NCBI GenBank assembly: GCA_030390025.1
Contig: CM059438.1
Coordinates: forward strand, 70,558,001 to 70,622,000
Direction of reading: 5' to 3'
DNA from: Squalus acanthias
Lineage: Eukaryota
DNA: 64,000 nt
The translations under genes were made by a program, and so were the position numbers. Shown in pieces: positions 26,250-38,823 of the stretch (positions are counted from its first letter, which is position 1; each line of letters begins with the position of its first letter). The notes beneath the pieces are model-generated. The model was not told the DNA's origin. It saw only the letters and a program-made list of their open reading frames with translations, and made no database searches.

Positions 26250-26410
26250 ATGCTTTCTTGGGATATGGGCGTCACTGGTAAGGCCAGCATTTATTGCCCA
26301 TCTTTTAGTTGCTCTTGAGAAGGTGGTTGTGAGCCTTTTCCTTGAACCGCTGCAGTCTGTGTGGTGTGAAGTGCTGTTAGGTAAGGAGTTCCAGGATTTT
26401 GACCCAGCTG
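26250..26410 (-). mobile_element. 3' tail fragment of the same LINE family as 4405-5455
   Basis: GGCCAGCATTTATTGCCCATC...GAGAAGGTGG...GAGTTCCAGGATTTTGACCCAGC is the reverse complement of 5280-5440. Confidence 0.75.
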
Positions 26411-29400
26411 AAAAAAATAGCTCAGTGCATGAGCTTGCAATGACAATCCTGTATTGTTCGTCTCTTGATCAACAGAGAAATGTATTCCATTGATAAATAC
26501 GCTACCCTCACCCCTCCCCCTCGCCCCCATTTGAGCTTCCTGAAAACAAGTACTCCGGACAGAAACAGGTAAACCATCACAGAAATAGATGCCTCAGGCC
26601 AGTAACTCCAGAGCACCAGGCAGACATATCTCAAGATGGACACCCTACTAAGACCACCACAAAAAGGGACATTTTAGATAGATAGCCTCTCAAAGTGCCA
26701 GAGAAACAAGTCCACATATTCATTGAACCATGAGTGTAATCAAATTAAAATCACTCTACATCCAATATAAGGGTAACTTCTTGAAATTCGCTGGCACCAG
26801 AGACTCTGAAATTCACAGCTGTACCAACATTTGCCAAGGATTAATGAAATGGCACATTGCAAGCACAAAACAGGCAGATAATGGCAGCAGTCCCACTGTG
26901 AATGCCTCCTTCCTAAAGTAACAGGTTTATCCAAATCAGGCTGATGAATTCAGGATTTGTATTTTTTTTTTTTAAGCTGATCTTCTATGTTGCCTCTATC
27001 CTCTGTCCCAGCTCTGTTCACTTATTTCATTCAATCACCAGCTCAAAACGTACAACCATTGGAGTAAATGTTACCCATAGGCATTGCAAATGAGGGCAGG
27101 GTTCCGCTCTCTGTTTGCCGTGTGTTTGAGAATGACCAGAGATTTCATATTTGGCCATAGATGTAAATCCCAGCCGAATTACAGCTAACTTCAAATCTGG
27201 CATCCAGAAGGAGATATTTTTACTCTGAATTACAGATCATAGTAAATATTTCAGCCATTTACACTCAAAACATTTATCAGCAATCACATGTGAATGTATA
27301 AGATAATATATTTTATAATTTTATATATGTACACAATTTATTACAAATTTACAAATGATATATATAATACAGACTGTGAGGAACAAGAATCGTACAGACC
27401 AATATGTTAAGGTTAATATTGGTCATTCAAAACTGTTGCAGTTGTGACCGAGTGTGAGACCCCAGCAAATGCTTAAATTACAACTTCAAATGTGGATCAG
27501 AATGAGCAAAGCCTTTCTCTTAATTGCAAACAGGTCTGTGCTGTTTCATTGAATAATACAACTGTACAAAGCAATTTGAAAAGAGCAAAATACAGTTTAA
27601 ATTGAGGCATAATTTGAACATTGGCTTTCAAATACTCACATGTTTTTGTTTAGCTAAGACACAGAGTAAGTCTCTATGGAGGTAAACATTAAAAAAATAT
27701 TTAAACATGATTTCTGGCAGAGGCTCTGGGCTTTGGTAATCAACACAGAGTTTCTTCTGAGCTGTGTAAATGTCATTCGCCGAATGTTGTGTTTGTAATT
27801 CTAGAGTTAGTGTCCGGAAAACCTGCAAAGGTCCTCGAAGGGTTCACGCATAATTAGTAACCACAGCGAAAAGAGTAAAGTGGCAAGGTTCCAACAAGAG
27901 CTTTAAGGGATGTTTTGAGTCAAAAAAAAACCCTGCACTTTCATTTTGATAACAAAATTTTTTTTTTTGATTGAAAATGATACCCCTGTTATTGAAAAAA
28001 AAAACTTGAAAGATTTCCTCTTATTTTGATTCAGAAAGGGGTCCATTTGTGCGCCTGAACGCATGTGACTTTTCAGATCTTTTTACCTACCACAGTGTAC
28101 ACTTGGGCCTTTAAGATGGTTGCCAGCAACGGAAGGGAAATGTTTTTTTAATTTTCATCTGTAGTCAAAACACAGCACCTATTGTTACAAAAAGCCTTCC
28201 CTAGGCCTGCATTACTGCGGAAGACAATATACATGTTGTTACAGGTGACAAGTATACAGTATTGATAATGTATGGCAACTAACAAGCCATCGAAAACAAA
28301 GCTCACCCTGCCACTCTGTAGTGCGTTGTTTTCGGGGGGAGGGGGGGGAAATAAAATAAAAGGCAAAGCACAATTTTAATTTCCCCAACATGTTCCCAGG
28401 CAAACTTAATTTTGGGAAAACGCTGATAATTCCGCCTCAAAAAATAATCAAGCAGTAAAAGAATATTGGTAGAATTAGGTCTTTCCCTTTGATGTGTGAA
28501 TGTAAAAGCAGTTATTTTAAAATGTGTGTTTCATGTGGTTATTGGATCTGGTTCTGTGTTAACTGGCTGTGAATGAGCTGTATACGTTTTAATGGCAAAG
28601 GCCCTATCAAAAGGGAATCCAGTTCTCGGTGCTGCCATTTCACAGCTTTCACTCTATTTTCTTTCATTTTCCTTTGCCACTGTTCAAACAGTGTTGTCCT
28701 AACGATATTGTACTTCTTGAAGTCATGAAAATGAAAACCTGTGCTTCTATCACACACACACCGCTGATTTGTTTCCTCCTCTAAAATTGAAAGCAGGGGT
28801 AAAAGAACTCAAAGCCTGAAATTGGAGCTCCAAGGTGTATTATGGCCAAGAGTAGCATCTTCCAGGACATGACACTCGGTTCGAAATGGAGTTGAGCTGA
28901 GATGTACTTTTAATGACCCATCAAATATGGGCACTTCAATTAAGTAAAAATGCACATTAAAATGGCAAAAGATGATGTGGAGTTTGCTGCAAAGCCAGTT
29001 CACTCTGGTTACTAACATAACAGAACTGTCGCTGAGTTTTCACAGCAGCTATTCCTACCTATTCTTAGAACTTAGCCTGCATCCAAAATGCCTCCCAGTA
29101 TGGTAACATCAACATTTAGGTCCTCCAATAAGACTAAAGTCAAGCTTCAACCAGTTTTCCTTTGAATATGTAGGTTTTTAAAAAAAATATATGGATGTTA
29201 TTTGACAGCAACCTGGTAGTTCTTTTTGTTGAGAGGAAATTGCAGGATTTTATCATCCGTATAGCCACGATTTCCGATTAGCGGGTTTGACTTGATTTGG
29301 ACCAATGTTCAACTCTCAGTTACAACTGCGTAAGCAGCTCCATTTGCTGGGTTCATTCTCAGTCCTTCTCATATGTTCAAACTCGAGCAAATGATCCCTG

Positions 29401-30015
29401 TGCCCTTGGACTGATTGAGGAAAAGGATCATTGTTTTAACGGAAGGAATGAAATAATTTCCAAATACTCCGAGAAGGATAATGTTTTTCATTTTATTTTG
29501 GCTGTCAGTTTTGGTCTCTAAGAGCTAGTGAAATCAGTGCTACAATTTGAGGTATGTTAAGTCCATGAAATGACAGATGCACTGCCCGTGTCACCCCTTT
29601 TGTTTACGGATCCATTAAGATGATTTTTGGAGCAATCTAAGCATTCTGAAACTGAGAATTACTCAAGTAAAATTACAATCGCACAGATATTTATTGACCT
29701 CAACAGAAATGTTTGTTTGAATCTGTACCTCTCAGTTTGCTGGGATAAGTATAAATCTGAGCACGAATCCTGACTGTATTCAAGCCAGGGTTCAGAGTTT
29801 GTTTATACTTTTGTGAAATAGGAACTCGGGAGTTGAGCCGAGATTTTTTTTTTCTGTAATGGATCTGGAGAAGAACAGCACTTGGATCTGAGTTGGATTC
29901 TTTGGAAGACTGTTTACTCATCTCCAGCAAATAAATGATGCAGAAAATGAATAAAGCTTGTTAAAGCAAGCATCCCAGGCTCAGTGCATGGTCAGACAGG
30001 GTCAGAAAGACTGCA

Positions 30016-30437
30016 TAACAACAACTTGTATTTATATGGCGCCTTTAACCTGGTAAAATGTCCCGAGGCGCTTCACAGGAGCGATTATCAAACAAAATTT
30101 GACACCGAGCCACATAAGGAGATATTAAGGCTGATGACCAAAAGCTTGGCCAAAGAGGTAGGTTTTAAGGAGGAGAGAGAGGCGGAGAGGTTGAGGGAGG
30201 GAATTCCAGGCAACTGAAGGCACGGCCACTAATGGTGGAGCGATTAAAATCGGGGATGTGCAAGAGGCCAGAATTGGCAGACCGCAGGTATCTCGGAGAG
30301 TTGTAGGACTGGAGGAGATTACAGAGATAGGGAAGGGGCGAGGCCACGGAGGGATTTGAAGACAAGGATGAGAATTTTAAAATCGAGGTGTTGCTTAACC
30401 AGGAGTCAATGTAGGTCAGCGAGCACAGGGGTGATGT
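30016..30437 (-). mobile_element. L2-type LINE 3' end fragment
   Basis: (AAC)n tail. Minus translation PYLCNLLQSYNSPRYLRSANSGLLHIP...GRAFS. Confidence 0.8.
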
Positions 30438-30764
30438 AAAGGTAGGGGATGTCACAAAACTAAAGAACATGTTGCTACACTTACAAACTGTACAAAAGAA
30501 TTTTCAATGTTCCTCTACATGCCACCTAGGCAGGAATATATTCTATCTCTCCGTACTTAGTTCCAATTCTCTAACGCAATATTCAGCCAGGTTTTGTTTG
30601 AGCAACTTGTAATGAATCCTTTTTTTTCCTGCTTCAACCTTTTGGATTTTTTTTAACACCAAAATTTCACGTTTTGAGTGCCTGTGCAACCAGAACCACA
30701 AGGATTGGGATCATGGTAGCAGGGAGCATGATTGAGGTTGAATGTGACACAATCCAGATAGCCA

Positions 30765-31156
30765 TGATGTGGAGATGCTGGTGTTGGACTAGGGTGGACA
30801 AATGTGAGAAATCGCACAACACCAGGTTATAGTCCAACAGCTTTATTTGAAATCACAAGCTTTCGGAGCGCTGCTCCTTCGTCAGGTGAAGTGAAGAGAT
30901 GCATATAGGCACAGCATATATAGTCAGAGAACACTGCCAGATGATTACAGTTAATCTTTCTAACTGCCCTTTATCACACCTCGGCAGAGAGATAATCACG
31001 GCAATCAAAGGTGTGGATGGTGTCCAAACAGGTCAGTCAGGAAAACATTACATCAAAGACAATGAGGTGGGGTCACAAGGGGTCAAATGCGGCAGATGCT
31101 GGGGTCTTTGTGATTTCAAATAAAGCTGTTGGACTATAACCTGGTGTTGTGCAATC
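30765..31156 (-). mobile_element. Penelope-like pLTR remnant with an inverted partial copy
   Basis: 30811-31085 is similar to 6576-6860 with deletions. 31108-31155 is an inverted copy of about 30811-30858. Confidence 0.8.
30853..30889 (-). ncRNA. Minimal type I hammerhead ribozyme motif
   Basis: tcac-CTGACGA-a-GGAGC-agc-GCTCC-GAAA-GC-TT-gtga. Perfect stem II, 4-bp stem I. Confidence 0.8.
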
Positions 31157-31643
31157 CAGATAGGATGTTTCTGGCTGACTGAAGTAGAGCTGAGGCCAGC
31201 AACAAAGCTTCGAAGCAGTAAAATCTACCAAAGCTGTGAATCTCCAAATCGTTACAGTGCTAGATACACACATACATATGTACGGATATGTAGATTCAGG
31301 TTATGGGTCCCTTGATCCAAATACACTTTAATCCCAGCCCCAGAAAAGCACACCATTCCACTCCCTCATTCTTGTGGTCTGTCTGAGTGAAAGTGTCAAT
31401 TTGTGTCAAATTATTTTGCTGTGGTTCTGTGCCCACTAGAAGCTGAGCTGAGACTGGTAAAACAAATGTCACACAGAACTTTTAACGCTGGCAGAGAAGA
31501 TTTCCATCGCTCTCTTCAGGGGTGAACTCATCACAGATCTGAGTGGTAAAAGGACAGTCCGCTCTATCCACTGTCCAGGGTCCTAGTTTTTAAGTGTAGA
31601 AATGACCAGAGGCATTTTATTGTGAATGTTGCCTGAGCTACTA

Positions 31644-32007
31644 CAGAAAACTCTTTATTAACTGGCACCCAAATATCCGGAAATCTCTCTTAACCGACAA
31701 AATTCTTGAGTAGGTAACCGGGGTTTTCCTTCATCTCTCGTTTAAGATTAACTTAAAAAAAAACCCCGAGGCGTTTGCCTTGTATCGTAGCGTGTAGATT
31801 GGGAGGGGAATGTGCAGCCCGGGTAGGCAGCGGACACGACAGATGGTCAGCTGGCGGTCCCCGGGGAGACGGAGCTCCGAATGCAGGCGTATGTCAATGT
31901 GTACGGGGCTCTCGTACGTTGGGAGATATAACTCTCCGTTATCCGGACTTTTTGATTAACCGGCACCACGCCGGTCCCGTCGGTGCCGGTTAATAAAGAG
32001 TTTCCTG
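31644..32007. mobile_element. Tc1/mariner (Tigger/pogo-like) MITE
   Basis: 26-bp TIR CAGAAAACTCTTTATTAACTGGCACC (2 mismatches), TA TSD on both sides. Confidence 0.88.
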
Positions 32008-32109
32008 TATATACTTTGTGTAGACATTATTTACAACCTTGTATTATCAAGAAAGAATAAAATTCCTCTCATCAATCTCCATGACTTGGTGAATAAAGCC
32101 TCTGCTTGA

Positions 32110-32430
32110 TGTACTGAGACATACGGAGCAGGATATGATGCTGGGACATACGGAATGGGAATGTTAAATGTTCAATCCTTTTCGCACTGAGTCAGTTGAT
32201 CTCTGATGGAGACGTGACAACAGATCTCAACAGTTCTGAGGTGGAAAATCCATCAGCATCCCAGGTCCAGATCACTGTTTGATTATTCCTTTTGGAAATG
32301 CATTTGTATGAATGTCAGATAGGGACAAGATCATACTTGGCTCTGATGCTTCCAGGGTTAAACAGCACAAGTCTACTTGATGACGAGGCTCACATGTGAA
32401 AAAGGAGCACATGGTTAAGTACCTCGAGGA
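32110..32430 (+). mobile_element. Second-family SINE, decayed
   Basis: CTGAGACATACGGAGCAGG...CTGAGTCAGTTGATCTC...GAGGCTCACATGTGAA. Confidence 0.45.
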
Positions 32431-32800
32431 GCAGGAGCTGGGGCTGGGGGCTGGGCAAGTGTTTCTGTCTTCAGATGAATGATGAGGATGGAACTACTGA
32501 GGAAAAATAGGAATTTAAATAAAGGCTGAGGTAGATTGTTTTAATAATCAGAATCCAAAAGCTATTAATGATCAAGTTTTCGATGTTTTGTAAAGGAGCT
32601 TTCCTTTATAATTATTTTGAAAGTCAAAAATTAAGTTACTTCGATTGGTGTGGAAATTGTCTAACACATAATTTTTTTTTACATCTTTAAGATAGTAGAA
32701 TCTCTGTTTTCTTGGTCCCGCCAACTTATCTGATTTGTTAAGTACAGATGTAGTAATAAGCATAATTAGGAGCTAATTGTATTTACTCTTGCATTAAACA

Positions 32801-34181
32801 AGGGTAAAATGATGGAAGCAATTATTAAAGATGTCATAACAGACCATTTGGAAAGTGGCGACATGATAGGTCCAAGTCAGCATGGATTTGTGAAAGGGAA
32901 ATCATGCTTGACAAATCTTCTGGAATTTTTTGAGGATGTTTCCAATAGGGTGGACAGGGGGGAACCAGTAGATGTGGTGTATTTGGACTTTCAGAAGGCC
33001 TTCGACAAGGTCCCACACAAGAGATTGGTGAGCAAAGTTAAAGCACATGGGATTGGGGGTAATGTGTTGACGTGGATTGAGAACTGGTTGGCACACAGGA
33101 AACAAAGAGTAGGAGTAAATGGGTACTTTTCAGAATGGCAGGCAGTGACCAGCGGGGTACCGCAGGGTTCGGTGCTGGGACCCCAGCTGTTTACATTATA
33201 TATTAATGATTTGAACGAAGGGATTAAATGTAATATCTCCAAATTTGCGGATGACACTAAATTGGGAGGCAGTGTGAACAATGAGGAGGATGCTAGGAGG
33301 CTACAGAGTGACTTGGACAGGTTGGGTGAATGGGCAAATGTATGGCAGATGAAGTACAATGTGGATAAATGTGAGGTTATCCACTTTGGTGGTAAAAATA
33401 GAGAGGCGGACTATTACCTGAATGGTGGCAGATTAGGGAAAGGGGAGGTGCAACGAGACCTGGGCGTCATGGTACATCAGTCACTGAAGGTGGGAATGCA
33501 AGTGCAGCAGGCAGTCACGAAAGCAAACGGAATGATGGCCTTCATAGTAAGGGGATTTGAGTACAGGAGTAGGGAGGTGATGCTGCAGTTGTACAGGGCC
33601 TTGGTGAGGCCACACCTGGAGTATTGTGCGCAGTTTTGGTCTCCTAACTTAAGGAAGGACATTCTTGCTATTGAGGGAGTGCAGCGAAGATTCACTAGAT
33701 TGATTCCTGGGATGGCCGGACTGACATATCAAGAAAGATTGGGTCAACTGAACTTGTATCCTCTGGAGTTCAGAAGAATGAGGGGGGATCTTATAGAGAC
33801 ATTTAAAATCCTGACTGGTTTAGACAAATTAGATGCGGGCAGAATGTTCCCAATGTTAGGGAAAACTAGAACCAGGGGTCACAGTCTAAGGATTAAGGGG
33901 AAGCCATTTAAGACTGAGCTGAGGAGGAACTCCTTCACCCAGAGAGTGGTGAATCTATGGAATTCTCTTCCACAGAAGGTTGTTGAGGCCAGTTCGCTAA
34001 ATATATTCAAAAGGGAGTTAGATATAACACTCACAACTAGGGGGATCAAGGGGTATGGCGAGAAAGCAGGAATGGGGTACTGAGGTAGCATGTTCAGCCA
34101 TGAACGCATTGAATGGCGGTGCAGGCTCGAAGGACCGAATGGTCTACTCCTGTACCTATGTTCTGTTTCTATGTTTCTATG
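32801..34181 (+). mobile_element. 5'-truncated CR1 LINE, young
   Basis: RT ORF, 3' UTR and (TTTCTATG)n tail. Candidate TSD TAAACA at 32795-32800 and 34182-34187. Confidence 0.95.
32809..34083 (+). CDS. CR1 ORF2 reverse transcriptase C-terminal part (424 aa, open; lacks the endonuclease domain)
   Basis: QHGFVKGKSCLTNL, YLDFQKAFDKVPH, GVPQGSVLGP and KFADD motifs with no stops. The start is an internal Met created by truncation. Confidence 0.85.
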   Translation: MMEAIIKDVITDHLESGDMIGPSQHGFVKGKSCLTNLLEFFEDVSNRVDRGEPVDVVYLDFQKAFDKVPHKRLVSKVKAHGIGGNVLTWIENWLAHRKQRVGVNGYFSEWQAVTSGVPQGSVLGPQLFTLYINDLNEGIKCNISKFADDTKLGGSVNNEEDARRLQSDLDRLGEWANVWQMKYNVDKCEVIHFGGKNREADYYLNGGRLGKGEVQRDLGVMVHQSLKVGMQVQQAVTKANGMMAFIVRGFEYRSREVMLQLYRALVRPHLEYCAQFWSPNLRKDILAIEGVQRRFTRLIPGMAGLTYQERLGQLNLYPLEFRRMRGDLIETFKILTGLDKLDAGRMFPMLGKTRTRGHSLRIKGKPFKTELRRNSFTQRVVNLWNSLPQKVVEASSLNIFKRELDITLTTRGIKGYGEKAGMGY

Positions 34182-34415
34182 TAAACATTGCCATAGAAAG
34201 GGGTCAGACTGCAGTGAAATGGAGAACTGTGATTGGCCAGCTTTCATTATGATTGATGGGCCTAACAATATAAAATATGCAAACTGGCCATTTGGTTATC
34301 AGGGCCATTTGCTCCACTAATCATGCAATTTGCTCAATCTACTCAACCCACACAATTGCACAGGGATGCAGCCAGCTATAAGTAATTCTCCAGGAAGATA
34401 AAGCTTTGTGAAACT

Positions 34416-34670
34416 TGCAACAACAACAACAACTTGCATTTATATAGCGCCTTTAACATAATAAAATGCCCCAAGATACTTCACAGGTGCATTATGAGAC
34501 AAAATTTAACTCTGAGCCACACAAGGAGATATTAGGAAAGATGAGCAAAAGCTTGGTCAAAGAGCTAGGTTTTAAGGAGCATCTTAAAGGAGAGAGAGGT
34601 AGAAAAGCAGAGAGGTTTAGGGAGGGAATTCCAGAGTTTAGGGCCAAGGCAGCTGAAAGCGCGGCGGCCG
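34416..34670 (-). mobile_element. L2-type LINE 3' end fragment
   Basis: (AAC)n-TTGCATTTATATAGCGCCTTTAAC tail, same family as 30016 and 50372. Confidence 0.8.
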
Positions 34671-36662
34671 CCAAAGGCTTCTGACACAGGCAGGCTTCCA
34701 AACAAAAATGTTCATGAAGACATTCAAACACACAAAAATCAATTGTACAGGTAATTTAAATGATATTGTGAATTGCTTTGACTTTTTAATGTTTTTCTTG
34801 CATTATCAATCTTAATTTCCTGACTTGCGCAAAAGGCGACTGACAAGTAAAGATGGCGGCTGATAAGATTTTCAAGAAGCATTTGGAGCAAGTTTATTGA
34901 TTCTCCTTCCGCTACTTGCTGCTGCTATCAGTTTGCTGACTGCTAATTCCGGTTTGGTAGTTTTGAACTTCATGATTAGGAATCTTCTATCGTGATTGGT
35001 GCGTTCCATACAAATAAACGTTGTCAACGTTGTATGAAAGCGACATTTGACACAATTGGATGCAAGTGTGATGCACACTTTCAAATGTGACAATTGGAGA
35101 TGTAATGGACGTGTGCCAAATAAGAGACTTTAAATCCACAGACAGATTCTTAATGGTAGAATCTTTGTATGTGCAATTGTGCCCATAATAATTGTAATAT
35201 TGACATGCTGCTGCTTTAACAGAGATATCCTATTTAAATATTCTTCTTCAGGATATCGTATATGAGAGCACAACCTCGTAACATAGCGAAAGCACAGTTG
35301 TGTCCCCAGCTTGTTGCAACGACTTCCAGGTGACTTTCTGGACAGTGCTCACTACTGCAGGAGCTGTCAGCACAGACTTTTTCTAAGATACTTTAAATGA
35401 GGTGTCCTATAAATCAGCTATTGATCTTCTGGGAGGAATATATCTCTGCCAAATCACTGAAGACCTTGTATTTGGGTGACTTGCCCAGTGTGATATTAGC
35501 TATGAATTCTCATAAATAAATTACATGCACGAGAAATGGATTCTGTCCATCTGAAAAAGCCAACAGTATTTAAAAGGAATTGCCATGTAGTTGCAATGAA
35601 ACTTTGGTCCACGCATTTCAGTCCGGTCCAATTAAATGATCAATGAAATACGGTTTGAAGAGGAGACAGCTGAGTGAATACATCAGTGGCTGAAACCAGC
35701 CAACGCTGTTTCAACATTCAACATTCTGGGTAACACTGCTACTTTTAAAGAGGCCAAACAAATCTTTGTTTAAAGATGGCGCTGTTCATACTTTTCAAAA
35801 ACAGCATTCTTGGAAAAGTAACATCAGCTTTTTAGTCCTCTGCCACAGTTGGATACAGTTGAGCTGCCAGATTATTAAGTTTAAAAAATTCTGACTTGGC
35901 AGTTGCACTTCCATGTCATGCTGCTCCAATATTGTGTGCCATGGAATGGTGGAATATGGGCACCTCCTCACTGTCCCTAATGCCAGCTGTACTGAATGGA
36001 TGCCAGACAGTTTCCTTCAGGGAAGACAAGTCAATTTAGGCTTGCACGAACCTCCAAAGAGATAGAACAAAATTGGTACTGGCAGCAACCTGGGAACAGA
36101 TCATTGGCCTCGGAAGATATGAGGAGTGGGTGGGGGGTGGGGGTGAGTGCGGGAAACGCTGGGTATCCAAAGTTTTTTTTTAACTGAAAAAGACAGTAGA
36201 AAAGCCAAGGCCCATTGTACAGACCATAGCAAACTCGAAAAGACTACGTGAGAAGATGACGTCAATCAAAAAGTAGTGGTTAGGTGACATGCAGCTTGGG
36301 TTTTGAACGCGAATAGATTGTGGAAGGGAGGAGAAGAAGGTGTTCCATAGTTTTGAGGTCTAAGGACAGAATGGCAGAAATTTTTACCATGGAGTCGGTC
36401 GGGTGCGTGCGGGCCGCGTAGCGGGTCGGGAACCCGATGTTCTGCTCAGCGCGTTCTTCAGGGCGACTTTTACTTAATTGTTCCACTTAAAGCAGTCATG
36501 CGCATTTCCCGGCCCAATTAAATGGAGTGGGTCTGATGACGTCATTGATGACACGTTTCTAGCGTGGTTATTTAAAGCAGCCTTGCACTCAACTCATTTG
36601 AAGGTTGCTAGAGGAGTGTGGAAGCTGAAGTAGAAAGGTCTGAGTACTGTTCCAAACTATCA

Positions 36663-38529
36663 ATGATGGATACTCAAAAGCAGAGGACTGCACCCCGATT
36701 TTCTGATGCACCCCTGCATACGCTGGTGGAGGCAGTGAGAGCACGCAGGGAGGTCCTATTCCCTGCAGATAGGCAAGAGACCTCCCAAAGACACCAAAAG
36801 AGCCTGGCTGGAGATTACAGAGGAGTCAGCAGAAGGGATGTCGTCAGGAGGACCTGGATCCAGTGCAGGAAACGATTCAATGATCACTACAGGTCAGGAA
36901 AGGTGAGTGCAATGCCACACTCACCTTCATCCTGATGTGCCTGTCGCCACATTCCCATCACTCTGCCTTCCCAAGCCTACTCCTGCACGTCATTCCTCAC
37001 ACATACCTTGCACGTCCACCCATCCCTCTCTCTCTGTACATGCTCACATCCCCATCTGACTAACCACCCCTGACACTCAACATCATCCTAATGCAATCAT
37101 AGCAAGTAACACCACAGAAGGAGGCCATTTGGCATTGGCACCCCACTCCCTCCTAGTCACCCTCTACAGATGTAACCCATCCATTCCTTACACTCATTCA
37201 TCACTCTCACTCAAAGTTGTCTTCTTTCCCTCCTTGCAGGAGAGAAGAGCACAGAACACGCAGGAGAGGCATAGAACCAGAGGTGGCCCTCCAGTATTCA
37301 CGCAACTGACACCAGCAAAAGAGCTGGCCCTGGAGATATCGGGAGTTGCAGAGCTGCTGGCAATGGGAGACAGAGAGAGGGGACATCCCAGCAACCTGGT
37401 GACAGAATTACATCTCATACAGCCACATGGCATACAGCAGTCACACATATGGTGACTGATGTCAGCAGGCAGTGAAATGCCAACATGTGCATAATGGTAA
37501 TGTTACCCATTCTTATTATAACACTTCTAATTCATCTGCTTAGTCTCCCACAGCTCCATTAACTGCACCCACCCCCCAACTGTCCAGCTGGAGGAGGAAG
37601 ACAACTCCTCAGAGGAACCTCCAGCCTCTGAGGGTGCAGTGTCAGCAGACCCAAGCGCAGCCAGCACCAGCGCAGATACGCACACCTCGGTGGGTCCTGT
37701 GCGAGATAGAGTAGTGTTGTCACCTGCTGTCTCACGCATCACCAGTGAGCAAGAGCAGATGGCGTTGACAGGGACAGCAGTGGAGACTCCTCGCCAGAGG
37801 GCGCATGACGCTCCAAGCTCTGCTGAGCTGCATGCAGATGCTGAACCTCGGGGGCCATCGAGAAAGAGGGTGATCCTGGAGGAGCAGCAACAATTGCATG
37901 AGGCTCTGGCAGCTTTTGCAGCTGCAATCTCTGCAAATGTGCAGAGAATGGAGGAGTCCATCTCCAACATGAGCACCACCATGTCGCAGGCGATGGCGAT
38001 GATGTGCTGTTCCATGGAAAGAATGGCCATCTGCATGGAGCAGCAAATGCGCCAGTCACATGAACACATGCTAGCTGTGGACAACAGATGGCAGACACTC
38101 ATAGACCTCATCTCTAGGAGGGATATAAATGTAAATTTGGACGTTCATCGCCCCACTGCTGTGCAGCAGGGTGCTCTCCAGCCCCTTGTTAGCAGGGAAG
38201 TGCGGGTGGCCCATGAGAGGGATGATGGTGAGAGGGGACATGGAATTGGGGGCTTTTCTCAAAGTGCTCCCACCTCTCCCTCATTTCCTCCCCCTCAGTC
38301 AGAGCCCCACATGCTTCCTTGTATCCCGATGGCCAAGTCTGCCTCTGTACAGTTGCAGGAGGAGCAGACTTTGGCGGGGCCATCACAGGCTCCAAAACCC
38401 AGAGGACGTCCGCCAAAAGTGTCTAACCAGTCGCAGCAGGGAGTTGAGCAGCCTGCCTCTACCTCTGCTGAAGCCACAGGGGTTGCACTGTGTAGAAGCA
38501 CTCGGAAAAGAAAAAAGACACAAAAGTAG
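36663..38529 (+). pseudogene. Harbinger Myb/SANT-like DNA-binding protein, 3 exons (about 36663-36902, 37240-37398, 37554-38529)
   Basis: RTAPRFSDAPLHTLVEAVRARREVLFP...RRTWIQCRKRFND. AG|GTGAGT donor at 36903, TTGCAG and CCACAG acceptors. Coiled-coil region and basic C-terminus RSTRKRKK. Apparent frameshifts. Confidence 0.75.
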
Positions 38530-38823
38530 ATGCACAAACGTATGCACGTGGGTGTATGAAAAAATGTTAGTGTTAAGTTTCAGTTCTTTTGATGACACAG
38601 ATAAATATATTTCTTTGCACCACTTTCCGGACTGGTCCATTTTTGCCTGATACCTTGGAAATGGCTTTGTCACTTGGAGTGACTGGTGAGACATTACTTA
38701 ACCTCGAGCAATGGGGGGTTGGGTGAGAGGGATGGCTTGTTCATTGTAGGGATGCTTTATGGTGTTGTTGGTGGGGGGATCTTAGTACAGCATGTGGCAG
38801 CCATATGGCTGCATTGGAGCAAG

